This document shows, piece after piece, positions 28,101 to 35,606 of a DNA stretch of 44,212 bases. The stretch is from Escherichia phage Henu5_1, in the sequence record PQ133007; one strand, written 5' to 3'. The notes under the pieces are model-generated. The model was not told the origin of the DNA and searched no databases. It was given only the letters and a program-made list of their open reading frames with translations. The stretch's first letter is position 1; the number at the start of each line of letters is the position of its first letter. A program made the position numbers and the translations under genes.

Positions 28101-28578
28101 AGCTATCGAGCAGAAGATGACGTCTTCGTTTAACCATGCTGGTGGCAGCGCCACATATAGCCTTAAGGCTGGCGTGACGTATAACGGGGCTTACTACGAC
28201 GCCGGTATGCAGCTTTCCGTCGTTGCGGAAGGCGGCGCGGTTAAATCCCGTATCGCGTTCAAGGCGGACCAGTTCTATATCATGCACCCATCTAACGGGT
28301 CGCTTTCGTCCGCGTTTATCGTTGACGGCGGTCAGGTGTATATTGACACGGCACGCATCAAAGACGCGACTATCAACTTCGCGCAGATCACGGACACGCT
28401 GCAATCGAATAACTATGCCGGCAACACGCGTGGTTGGCGCTTAGGGAAAGACGGAACGTTTATCAACCTGGGAACCGGTAACGGTGGCGGGATGAAACAG
28501 ACAAACACGCAAATCAGCGTCAGGGACGGAAACGGCGTGCTCCGCGTGCAGATTGGTGAAATCACAGGTTATTGGTAA
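25159..28578 (+). CDS. Central tail fibre / host specificity protein J-like (tail tip)
   Basis: 1139 aa; size and gene order match lambda gpJ-type tail tip proteins. Confidence 0.75.
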   Translation: MTIVYDVTGHKGGGGKQHTPQETPDSLHSLAKIRILLALGEGEFEGITSASELRQRVYLDGTPIQNADLSENFPGARVEFRPGTQHQDVIHGFSAVESEQSVGVKLENGTPWVRQINDTSLDAVRIRIGIPALYTNEDNGDLVGGRIDYKIVVYTDNADPREFTFAAVGKTMSLYERDHRIELPPNVNTGWRVEVHRITADSTSAKVVNDIRVQSITEIIDARLRYPLTALLFVEFDAKAFQNIPRVSIKCKGRKVLIPNNYDPINHTYSGDWDGTFKRAWTDNPAWHWYDICITERFGLGRRIKPQMLNRYALYQIAQRCDQLVSDGNGGREIRFKNDMYIQSQTDAWTVLKDLAAIFAGMTWWGNQMLNIVSDQPVAAVSHTITNASVIDGRFDYASGSQKTRYSTFAVAYGNPKNHYEDAIATGQRVELVRRHKINRLDITAIGCTRESEAQRRGHWALISNQLDQQVSFKVGMEGLFFIPGSVVAIADTNISGGFETRGGRLLSDPGTRTVLNTDSEITFRPGDKFLVRTDSGNVETREIASVNGNKVTLKTALDADPIPNQPFCVDGDDIQLQKFRITDLEYDDSTSTFSVRGIEYNDSKYDAVDNGARLDPGIFTQVPDGVMKGPESVTITPSQISSQGQLITNVDIVFPPVKDAVVYEIQWRRTSLQNMEIQWGNDWVNIPRTASNGAHIPNVFSGNYQARVRAIGMGEISSPWVSSAITPVEGRLGGLNAPIITNAISGLHQILWKWNHNNAATDISYTELEVRKTGETEWKFLTNVPYPGAEYAQTSLEFGIYQQLRARVADKIGNLSDWSAPFEGQVSDKVDEYMKGLDDEFLTSEDGKRFQEAIDTIPQGIYEAMLTDAQQLFNARAEYKGIYAEIKVAYNVAADAHKAVAQLETLIGTRLDDAEAAIHTLQTAQSTHEQAFAQYQQTVAAKFGEQEAAIQQVQTATADVAGALAEYKTQVAAQFDQQSAAIEQKMTSSFNHAGGSATYSLKAGVTYNGAYYDAGMQLSVVAEGGAVKSRIAFKADQFYIMHPSNGSLSSAFIVDGGQVYIDTARIKDATINFAQITDTLQSNNYAGNTRGWRLGKDGTFINLGTGNGGGMKQTNTQISVRDGNGVLRVQIGEITGYW

Positions 28579-28581
28579 CAC

Positions 28582-28602
28582 AGGGGCTTCGGCCCCTTTC
28601 TT
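28582..28602 (+). terminator. Possible terminator after J-like gene
   Basis: AGGGGC-TTCG-GCCCCT followed by T-rich TTCTT. Confidence 0.4.
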
Positions 28603-28615
28603 AGGGAGGTATTGC

Positions 28616-28918
28616 ATGGCTTTCGGTGTAGCAACATGGGACGCGCAAGGGCGACCAAACAACTACGGGATCAAGCCCGTTTCGGTTGTCGGAATTATTA
28701 AACTGACACAAGGTCAAACATCGGGGGCGTGGTCGTTCGATATTCCGTCGGGTATGAAAGTAGGTTTTGCGGTTACGCTGGACGCAGGCGGCACTACGGT
28801 CGGTAGGGCGATCCGTGCCAGCGGGAACACGATAACAGTATCTGCCGCAAACAGCGTCGGTATTGGAAACTACCCGGCGTCAGAATGTGAAGTAGTAGTT
28901 TTTGTGGAGAAAGCGTAA
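28616..28918 (+). CDS. Hypothetical tail-associated protein
   Basis: ATG 28616 with AGGGAGG RBS inside track ORF 28553-28918. Confidence 0.5.
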   Translation: MAFGVATWDAQGRPNNYGIKPVSVVGIIKLTQGQTSGAWSFDIPSGMKVGFAVTLDAGGTTVGRAIRASGNTITVSAANSVGIGNYPASECEVVVFVEKA

Positions 28919-28920
28919 AA

Positions 28921-29592
28921 ATGGCAAACTTCGGCGCGTTAATCGATAACAACAACGGCAACCCATTCGTCACGCCAAACTCAACGCCGTTCGTCCTCTA
29001 CGCTAAGGTGTCGGCAAATTCAGTGGACGCCGGTGCTGATTATAAAACAGCAAGCGGGGGCGTGGATATCCCCTCGAACTATCCGGCAATGGTTTTCATG
29101 CGGTCAAACAACCGTTGCGTCCTGGCGGCGTCACGATCAGGTAACCGGATTATATTTAGCGGAAGCATTCAGGGGCAGAATAACCCACATTTTACCGTCA
29201 CGGCGTACATATTCGCGCGATTCCCGCAACCGCTGCCGAAATGGGGCTTTGCGATTTGGGACGCCAGCGGGACGTGCATACTCACCAACGAGAGCAAGGT
29301 ACTCACTGATTTAGTCACAGTTGGCAGCTTCGGCAATAACGGCGGGATCAACATAGACCAGACGCTTCCGGGTAAGTACGCAGTATCACCTATGTTAATG
29401 GGCGCTACTCTGATTCAGATCTTTGTACAGGGGCAGCCGCAGATTATACAGATCACGGCGGGGGCCGGTGCTTACGACAACGGAAGCGGAACACGGATTA
29501 ACGCCGTGGCAACACAAGCGGGGTCTGGTAGCGTCGCGGGGTATCAAAACACTGGGGTTGCTTTGACCGCGATTAACGTGGACGGGATATGA
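28921..29592 (+). CDS. Hypothetical tail-associated protein
   Basis: 223 aa, GTGGAGA RBS, between J-like gene and fibre. Confidence 0.5.
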   Translation: MANFGALIDNNNGNPFVTPNSTPFVLYAKVSANSVDAGADYKTASGGVDIPSNYPAMVFMRSNNRCVLAASRSGNRIIFSGSIQGQNNPHFTVTAYIFARFPQPLPKWGFAIWDASGTCILTNESKVLTDLVTVGSFGNNGGINIDQTLPGKYAVSPMLMGATLIQIFVQGQPQIIQITAGAGAYDNGSGTRINAVATQAGSGSVAGYQNTGVALTAINVDGI

Positions 29593-29593
29593 A

Positions 29594-29611
29594 AAGCCCC
29601 TTTCGGGGCTT
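29594..29611. terminator. Bidirectional terminator hairpin
   Basis: AAGCCCC-TTTC-GGGGCTT between convergent genes; T-run on minus-strand side. Confidence 0.5.
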
Positions 29612-29828
29612 ATTTACAGGTTGTGCTTTTGAAGTGGTCAACCGACACATACTGGAAGTTGAAGGGGTATCCCGCCCGTAACATTTTATGACCGCTAACG
29701 TCTGCAACCCCAAACACAGGGACGGAATACTCCATACCACTATTCATGTATGTTGCGTCGCAGATTTTAGACGGCATGTCGGCACAACCAGCCAACAGAA
29801 CCGCACAAATCATAATTAAAGTTTTCAT
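29610..29828 (-). CDS. Small lipoprotein, superinfection-exclusion candidate (Cor/Llp-like by context)
   Basis: ATG at 29828 (GGAGA RBS); signal peptide MKTLIMICAVLLAGC with lipobox LAGC; 72 aa; opposite strand between receptor-binding tail genes. Confidence 0.55.
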   Translation of the reverse strand: MKTLIMICAVLLAGCADMPSKICDATYMNSGMEYSVPVFGVADVSGHKMLRAGYPFNFQYVSVDHFKSTTCK

Positions 29829-29858
29829 GGTATCATCTCCTATATTCGGTTGGGTTTT

Positions 29859-29887
29859 AGTATTGCACCGCTCAACCAAGAATGCAA
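29859..29887 (-). promoter_or_regulatory. Putative promoter (TTGCAT-17-AATACT) with ATTGGTTGCAT motif
   Basis: -35 formed by motif copy at 29882-29893 read on minus strand. Confidence 0.4.
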
Positions 29888-29908
29888 CCAATTCATGAGG
29901 ATTCAGCT

Positions 29909-31702
29909 ATGGCAGCGGGTACACTATCCGTAACGAATAACAGCAAGGCGGTAGTCGGTGTCGGCACGACGTTCACCGCGTTTAAAGCTGGCGACTTCTT
30001 AACGCTGGTGGTGGGGCAAGTCCCTTACACTGTTGCTATCGCGTCCGTCGAAAGCGACACCGCGCTTACGCTGGTGCTGCCGTTCGACGGCCCCACGGCA
30101 ACCGGCCTTGCCTGGGATGGCGTTAAGCGCGATACCATGTCACTGGCAACGATGGGCGTAACAGTACAGGCACAGAAAGCGTTGCGCTTGATGCTCGCGG
30201 ATGAAAACAACTGGCGTGCAATCTTCGGCGACGCTGAAGAGATCACCGTTACGCTGCCCAACGGGCAAGTTATGCAGGGTATGTCATGGGGCTACCTGTC
30301 GCAATTGATGAAGCAAATTGACCCCGTCGAGATGCGCAACCTGCAACAACAAGCCGCTGCATCTGAAGCCGCCGCGCAAGGATACCGGAGCGAGGCCGAA
30401 GGATTCAAGAATGAGACGGCTGGTATTCGCGACGCCACCAATCAGATTAAGGCGGATACGCTGGCGATCCACGACGCTACCGATGCGATCAAGACGCAAA
30501 CCAACCAGATTAAGACTGATACGCAGGCCATCAAGGACCAGACGAACCAGATCAAGACTGACACCGGCCTTATCCGCGACGAGGCCAATACGGCGAAGGC
30601 GGACGCGCAAGCGGCGCGCGACGCGGCGCGGGGATTTCGCGACGAGGCCGAACAATTCAAGAATGAGATCGACCCGTCGAAATTTTTGGTAAAGGGCAAC
30701 AACCTTAGCGATGTTACCGACCCCGCGGCAGCGCGTAGCCACTTAGGCATCGGGCCAGACGATTCCATTAACTTAGCGGGTCTGGTAACGGAAGGCGGCA
30801 TATCCGCAGGCCGTAACACATGGGATGGGTCTAACTGGGGCAGCAGCGCCATTACATCGGCGTTTGCTGTCATGTCCCCCGATGGGAATTCCCAGCCGGG
30901 AATATACGTGCGCCCAAGCAACGGCGCGCCGGGGTACGCCGGTATGTGGTTGTATGATGAGGGTCTAAATAAATGGGGCACAGCGTCGAGGATAGCGGGT
31001 CAGCGTCTTATCGCAGAAGGCTACCAAACCGGCTGGGATATACCAAATAACTACGGGGAAAGCGGCGTATGGCTGACAGGCGTCGGTAATAACGACGGCG
31101 GCTGGGTCCCGGCTATTTCTTGGCTATCCCAATCAAGCGGCGGTTATCCGATCCGGGCTACGTGGGGGCTAATCGCACAAGGCACGACGAACTGGCCCCG
31201 CGCAGTATTGCGTTGCCGAGGGGATGGCGAAAACTGGACAAACTTTGAATTTGTTGTAAACGCCTGTGATATTCAGGTCAGTGGTACATTTGGCGCGTAC
31301 ACGTTCCAGAAAGCGCCTACGTCCGACCGCGACTTAAAGCATGACATTAAGTACACGGAAGGGAAGGAAAGCTACGACCGGGTTATGCAGTGGCTGCCAA
31401 CAATGTTTAAGTATAAGGGGTCCGAAATCCAGCGCTACGGCCTTATCGCGCAGGATCTGGTTAAAATCGACCCACAATACGTGAAGATTATTCCCGGCGC
31501 GCTTAAAGACCCGGATCTGGTAGGTACGGAAGGATTCAACGCGGATGACGGCGACTACTACGACGATACACTGGCACTTGACGGTAATGTCATATTAACC
31601 GACATGGCATGTGCGATGGTGTTCATGGGGCGTAAGGTGGAAGATATGCAGAAAGAACTGGAGGAATTGAAAGCTGCCGTAGCTGCGCTGACTAAAGCGT
31701 GA
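29909..31702 (+). CDS. Tail fibre with C-terminal intramolecular chaperone (peptidase S74-like) domain
   Basis: C-terminal SDRDLKHDIKY...GLIAQDL signature of self-cleaving chaperone domain; central heptad-like repeats IKxDTxAIxDxTNQ; ATG 29909 with GAGGA RBS. Confidence 0.7.
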   Translation: MAAGTLSVTNNSKAVVGVGTTFTAFKAGDFLTLVVGQVPYTVAIASVESDTALTLVLPFDGPTATGLAWDGVKRDTMSLATMGVTVQAQKALRLMLADENNWRAIFGDAEEITVTLPNGQVMQGMSWGYLSQLMKQIDPVEMRNLQQQAAASEAAAQGYRSEAEGFKNETAGIRDATNQIKADTLAIHDATDAIKTQTNQIKTDTQAIKDQTNQIKTDTGLIRDEANTAKADAQAARDAARGFRDEAEQFKNEIDPSKFLVKGNNLSDVTDPAAARSHLGIGPDDSINLAGLVTEGGISAGRNTWDGSNWGSSAITSAFAVMSPDGNSQPGIYVRPSNGAPGYAGMWLYDEGLNKWGTASRIAGQRLIAEGYQTGWDIPNNYGESGVWLTGVGNNDGGWVPAISWLSQSSGGYPIRATWGLIAQGTTNWPRAVLRCRGDGENWTNFEFVVNACDIQVSGTFGAYTFQKAPTSDRDLKHDIKYTEGKESYDRVMQWLPTMFKYKGSEIQRYGLIAQDLVKIDPQYVKIIPGALKDPDLVGTEGFNADDGDYYDDTLALDGNVILTDMACAMVFMGRKVEDMQKELEELKAAVAALTKA

Positions 31703-31706
31703 TGCG

Positions 31707-31730
31707 AAGGGGCCGCACGGCCCCTTTTTT
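31707..31730 (+). terminator. Rho-independent terminator at the junction of the two arms
   Basis: GGGGCCG-CAC-GGCCCC followed by TTTTTT; overlaps stop of convergent minus gene. Confidence 0.6.
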
Positions 31731-32304
31731 AGTTTGAGTTTTCCCAGTCCATTTTGCGCCGAACCAGCGGGCTTTCGTAGTATTCCTTTCCTTCCACTTC
31801 CACTAATGGCCAATCGTTCACGATCACGTATGGCTCTGCTATATCCTCAATAACACCGTGCGCACTATGCTGCCCGAACGACACACCGACCCGGATAACA
31901 CCGGCAACTCGACGGGCTAGATACTCGCGGGCACAACGTGCTTCCACCAGTCCGCGACGGATGCCGCTGGTAGCTTTTACCTCGTATGTCCAGACGGCAT
32001 CAATCATATGTTCGCGGAAGTCAGGGCCGGACTTAACCTTGCGCTTGCCAACCATGATAATATCGCCGCGGTCGATAGTGTTAGCGCTAAACAGGCCGGT
32101 ACGCATTAGCAAACCTTGCGGGATACAGCTACGCCCGCCCGCCTGCCCTTCGAGGTACATGCCTGCAAACATTTCACCCAGCACACCGACGAGTCTGCTT
32201 TGCTTGCACGCGTCGGACTTTAAGCGCCACTGGTCAAACTCGATGCTTGCAATCATTGCCGCCAGGTGGAATTGTTTACCGGTTATTTCATATTCGCCGT
32301 ACAT
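31729..32304 (-). CDS. Hypothetical protein
   Basis: 191 aa, ATG 32304 with GAGGGA RBS. Confidence 0.6.
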   Translation of the reverse strand: MYGEYEITGKQFHLAAMIASIEFDQWRLKSDACKQSRLVGVLGEMFAGMYLEGQAGGRSCIPQGLLMRTGLFSANTIDRGDIIMVGKRKVKSGPDFREHMIDAVWTYEVKATSGIRRGLVEARCAREYLARRVAGVIRVGVSFGQHSAHGVIEDIAEPYVIVNDWPLVEVEGKEYYESPLVRRKMDWENSN

Positions 32305-32345
32305 TGTGAATCCCTCATTGATGCGGGCCGAAGCCCGCGATTAAA

Positions 32346-32837
32346 TTATTTAAGTGCGCCAGTCACCAGTGTTTTTTCCATGTTACGGAAATCTTCCTGC
32401 GTCATGCAGATTTTCGATCCGTCTTCGCCCATGAGCACGACCATAGGTTGGACGTCCTGGGCTACAACTCCAAAATTGGCGGCGTTAACCGTCTTGCCCG
32501 CGGAAGAATGCCCGCCTTTTAGGCTGTCGAATTGTGCTGCCGTTGTATCGATCTGAATTTCGTCATGCACAGTCATGTAAGACTCGCCCAGCAGGGCGGC
32601 ATACGCCACCAGATCCACGATGTTATCTTCCTGGTGTTTACGGTGCTGGCGCACCAGCTTCAGGCAGATCAGGAAGGTCCAGGCTTCTTGCTCGGACAGG
32701 TCGCGCCCGGTAAGCGCGTTAAACACGGCAGCGATTTGTTTAGCGCTGCGTTCTTCTTTCGCGTTGTCATAGCCGTTTTCTTTCCCGCGCTGTTCCATAG
32801 TGGTGGCGGCGTTTTTGCAGTATTCGTATGCTTTCAC
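32346..32837 (-). CDS. Hypothetical protein
   Basis: Track ORF 32346-32915; GTG at 32837 with AAGGG RBS preferred (ATG 32798 is an alternative). Confidence 0.45.
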   Translation of the reverse strand: MKAYEYCKNAATTMEQRGKENGYDNAKEERSAKQIAAVFNALTGRDLSEQEAWTFLICLKLVRQHRKHQEDNIVDLVAYAALLGESYMTVHDEIQIDTTAAQFDSLKGGHSSAGKTVNAANFGVVAQDVQPMVVLMGEDGSKICMTQEDFRNMEKTLVTGALK

Positions 32838-32892
32838 AGTATTACCCTTTTTAGAGAGGGGGCTGTATTGCCCCCCGACACGTTTACTATAG

Positions 32893-32916
32893 TGCAACCA
32901 ACCTATTGGTTGCAAG
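32893..32916. promoter_or_regulatory. Palindromic double motif GCAACCAA-N4-TTGGTTGC
   Basis: Two motif copies as a perfect inverted repeat overlapping the 3' end of the HAD-like gene, upstream of gene 32837. Confidence 0.5.
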
Positions 32917-33373
32917 TGAATTTTGCAACGTTTATTGCGTAAATTTTCGGGACCAAATCACCACACGCCCGACGAATTGCCGCGATGTTCTTCTCGCAAT
33001 CTTCAATGATGACCAGTTCAGACACGTCCGCGTAGCAGACCATTTTGAACACGGCGCACGCCTTAAACTCTGGCGGCGGGGTGTCGTCCAGCATGTGGCG
33101 CATAAACAACCTGCCTACGGGGAAGACTTCCAGTTGTTCGGCGGTGGTGTCCCAACATTCACGCTGCCGGTTTGTCAGATACGCGATCTCGAAGCCTTGC
33201 TCTTTATACATGCGCAGTAGCGGCAGCATATCCATGTTCAGGTCTTCGCGGACGTGCGCCTTGTGCCACTTTGCCCAAAAGGTGGATTTCGTTTTTATCC
33301 CCGGCACCAGGTCGGCGCGCGCATCGCTTGATCCATTAATAACGCCATCCAGATCACAAATCAGTAATTTCAT
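32903..33373 (-). CDS. HAD-superfamily hydrolase-like protein
   Basis: N-terminal DLDGV (HAD motif I DxDG), downstream LTN (motif II); GAGGA RBS. Confidence 0.55.
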   Translation of the reverse strand: MKLLICDLDGVINGSSDARADLVPGIKTKSTFWAKWHKAHVREDLNMDMLPLLRMYKEQGFEIAYLTNRQRECWDTTAEQLEVFPVGRLFMRHMLDDTPPPEFKACAVFKMVCYADVSELVIIEDCEKNIAAIRRACGDLVPKIYAINVAKFTCNQ

Positions 33374-33594
33374 TTCAATTCCTCAATCAAATTTGCACGA
33401 ACACTACGGGCGGAAAACGTGTCACACACAAGATGACAGCGGGCAGTCATTACAAGCCAGCCAGTAAGGTCCATGCCCAGGAGGTGTTCCGGACGTGACA
33501 CACGACGCACTTTGTTCTCCCTCGGGTTGATTTGGTAGCGTTTAACAATTTCGTCCACGACGCGCATACTGCGGTCAACGATTAAGATATTCAC
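33370..33594 (-). CDS. Hypothetical protein
   Basis: 74 aa; GTG start with GGAGA RBS; overlaps both neighbours. Confidence 0.45.
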   Translation of the reverse strand: MNILIVDRSMRVVDEIVKRYQINPRENKVRRVSRPEHLLGMDLTGWLVMTARCHLVCDTFSARSVRANLIEELK

Positions 33595-34060
33595 GTAGTT
33601 CTCCTTCGCTCATTATTTCAATTTGTGCGCTGCCGATGGGCGGCGCTTCGTCAAAGACTATCAATTGCTGGCACTTGTTATTGCTCGGCCCGACTTCGCC
33701 GGTTACAGCATGTATAAATCGGATCCGCCAGTCCAGAAGAATTATCAGGTTTGCAGTCTTCCGGGCCAGCTTCGCCCACTTCGTCGACGTGTCCTGATTC
33801 AGTAGCATGACGGTCCGGCGTCCGTGCGCTGCGCACTCGACCCACGGCAGCGGATCGGAATACGGCGGGTTGCACCACTTCCACCCTTTCAACTCTGACC
33901 AGTCCACCTCAAGCGCGCTGTGCTCTGCCGTGAAGTAACGCGGTAGCAGATGGTTGGCGTCGCTTGCCGCCATATCGTAACGGAATCGGTACTTACGGCG
34001 CAGCGGTTTAAATAAAGCTGGCGGCGTGCGCCAGCTATCTTTTTGCTCACTCTTCTGCAT
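33575..34060 (-). CDS. DNA N6-adenine methyltransferase (phage Dam-type)
   Basis: 161 aa with NPPY catalytic motif (CNPPYS) and upstream DMAASD segment. Confidence 0.65.
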   Translation of the reverse strand: MQKSEQKDSWRTPPALFKPLRRKYRFRYDMAASDANHLLPRYFTAEHSALEVDWSELKGWKWCNPPYSDPLPWVECAAHGRRTVMLLNQDTSTKWAKLARKTANLIILLDWRIRFIHAVTGEVGPSNNKCQQLIVFDEAPPIGSAQIEIMSEGELREYLNR

Positions 34061-34511
34061 GATCTGGATCTATCGCGTACAGGGCGATTTTATTGCCGGT
34101 CTTGAGAATGCGTTGCACGCGCTTTGTCTCCTCGACACTAAGCGGGCGCGCGTCCGGGTAGAAGCTGCCGTTTGTAGGGTTGCGCCACGCCATGAGCACA
34201 AGGTCTTTCCGGGCGATCGAAGACTGGCGACCCTTCAGACGCGCGTGCTCCTCCGCACGTTTGCAATGCTCACGCAAACCATCGGCAGTGATGCGGTTTA
34301 GTGCAACGCTGGTGGTGTATCCGGTGCGCTGCATAATACCCATCAATTCGAAAAGCAGTTCGAAGCGCTCCTCTAACTCCTGGCGCACTTTCTTCTCCCC
34401 TTCATATAGCGACTGGTTGGCGGACGCCAACGCGTTCGCACGTTTGGCCTGATCGCGGGCTTCGAGGCATTGCGCGGCCCAGTAATTTTTCTCTTCTTGT
34501 AAAATTTTCAT
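34047..34511 (-). CDS. Hypothetical protein
   Basis: ATG 34511 with GGAGA RBS inside track ORF 34047-34559; charged helical sequence. Confidence 0.55.
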   Translation of the reverse strand: MKILQEEKNYWAAQCLEARDQAKRANALASANQSLYEGEKKVRQELEERFELLFELMGIMQRTGYTTSVALNRITADGLREHCKRAEEHARLKGRQSSIARKDLVLMAWRNPTNGSFYPDARPLSVEETKRVQRILKTGNKIALYAIDPDHAEE

Positions 34512-34530
34512 CGTGTTGTCTCCAGGTATT

Positions 34531-34556
34531 AAAAAGGGCGTCCAACCGGACACCCT
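34531..34556 (-). terminator. Terminator-like hairpin on minus strand
   Basis: Minus-strand RNA AGGGUGUCC-GGUU-GGACGCCCU followed by UUUUU. Confidence 0.4.
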
Positions 34557-34557
34557 C

Positions 34558-34586
34558 AATATAATGCAACCAATCTAGTTATGCAA
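34558..34586 (-). promoter_or_regulatory. Putative promoter (TTGCAT-17-TATATT) built on two ATTGGTTGCAT motifs
   Basis: -35 inside motif at 34581-34592; second motif 34564-34574 overlaps spacer and -10. Confidence 0.5.
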
Positions 34587-34590
34587 CCAA

Positions 34591-34914
34591 TTACGCATAA
34601 AAATTTGGGTCGCGCGCTACGTCTACCAGATACAGGTTACTAATGCGGTTGCCGTAGTGGCCTGGTGTGCGCTGACGGCACACTACGGCATAGCCTGGAG
34701 GGATTGTATTGCCAGTCTCAATAATCCACGCCACGCGTGCGCCAGACAGCGTCTTGCCGTTGCATTCGATACGAGTACCGCCATCGGCAGTATTGAGGTT
34801 GCCAATCTTGCAGCCGGTTGACTTCAGGCGGATAACGCCGGTCTTGCTGTCGTAGGAAAAAAGCTGATTGGTCATTGCCACTGAAAAGTCGATGGCGTCG
34901 AATGTAGTATTCAT
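34591..34914 (-). CDS. HNH homing-endonuclease-like protein (NUMOD4/HNH_3-like, possibly degenerate)
   Basis: N-terminal FSYDSKTG..IRLK motif and GNRISNLYLV resembling the DNR..NL element; catalytic His not obvious. Confidence 0.4.
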   Translation of the reverse strand: MNTTFDAIDFSVAMTNQLFSYDSKTGVIRLKSTGCKIGNLNTADGGTRIECNGKTLSGARVAWIIETGNTIPPGYAVVCRQRTPGHYGNRISNLYLVDVARDPNFYA

Positions 34915-35606
34915 TTTAAATTTTCCTCGTTAACCGCTATCGCGAAGCCGCGCGGGGTGAGTGAGCGGATTAATTTTGTACGAGCGGATTTACCACCGAG
35001 GCGACTATACTGTTTCGAGTACCCTTTTTCAACGAAAACAGGTTTCTTCTCTGGCATACGGAAGCCGTTGCCGGTCCATAAGCAGGTCAGCTTCGGATAT
35101 GAATCGCGGGCGTTGATGTATTCCGGGAAGAGCGGGTGTACGTCATCCTCCGGCAGATATCCGCCATACTCCCACGGGTCAAACGAGTGGTCCGGCTTAC
35201 GCCATTGAGTTGATAGCACGCTGCGCGGATTCTCAATCATATACGGCACTTCAAAGAAATCACCCAGGTAAGCGGCGATCTTCGCGGTGCGCACTGCCTT
35301 AAGCTGGAAGGCAGGGTCGCGGGCGCGCTTGCGCGGGAAAGCTGGCGCACCGCTCACCGCCAGATCCGTACACGGCGGGAATGCGTAAATGATATCCGGC
35401 GTGCCGAAATCGCCATTCATCGCACGGTCCACGAAGTCCAGATCGATAAACTCATTACGATAGCGGATCCCGCGACCATAAATCCTGTAGTCCAGGTACG
35501 ACCCGTGATCGGCTTCGGAGTAGTTGAAGCAATAACACTTATGCCCCATCTCGGCAGCACGCTCAATCATCAAGCCGCTGCCGTCAAATAATGACCAGAT
35601 AATCAT
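34911..35606 (-). CDS. DNA cytosine-C5 methyltransferase-like protein (short)
   Basis: FDGSG (motif I-like), AFPPCTDLAVSG (motif IV PC-like), ENP (motif VI ENV-like); 231 aa, shorter than typical Dcm. Confidence 0.55.
   Translation of the reverse strand: MIIWSLFDGSGLMIERAAEMGHKCYCFNYSEADHGSYLDYRIYGRGIRYRNEFIDLDFVDRAMNGDFGTPDIIYAFPPCTDLAVSGAPAFPRKRARDPAFQLKAVRTAKIAAYLGDFFEVPYMIENPRSVLSTQWRKPDHSFDPWEYGGYLPEDDVHPLFPEYINARDSYPKLTCLWTGNGFRMPEKKPVFVEKGYSKQYSRLGGKSARTKLIRSLTPRGFAIAVNEENLK

Noticed and set aside
29909-31702. Possible diversity-generating retroelement targeting the tail fibre
   Set aside because: No reverse transcriptase gene and no template-repeat/variable-repeat pair with adenine-specific differences found; internal repeats are ordinary in-frame shaft repeats.
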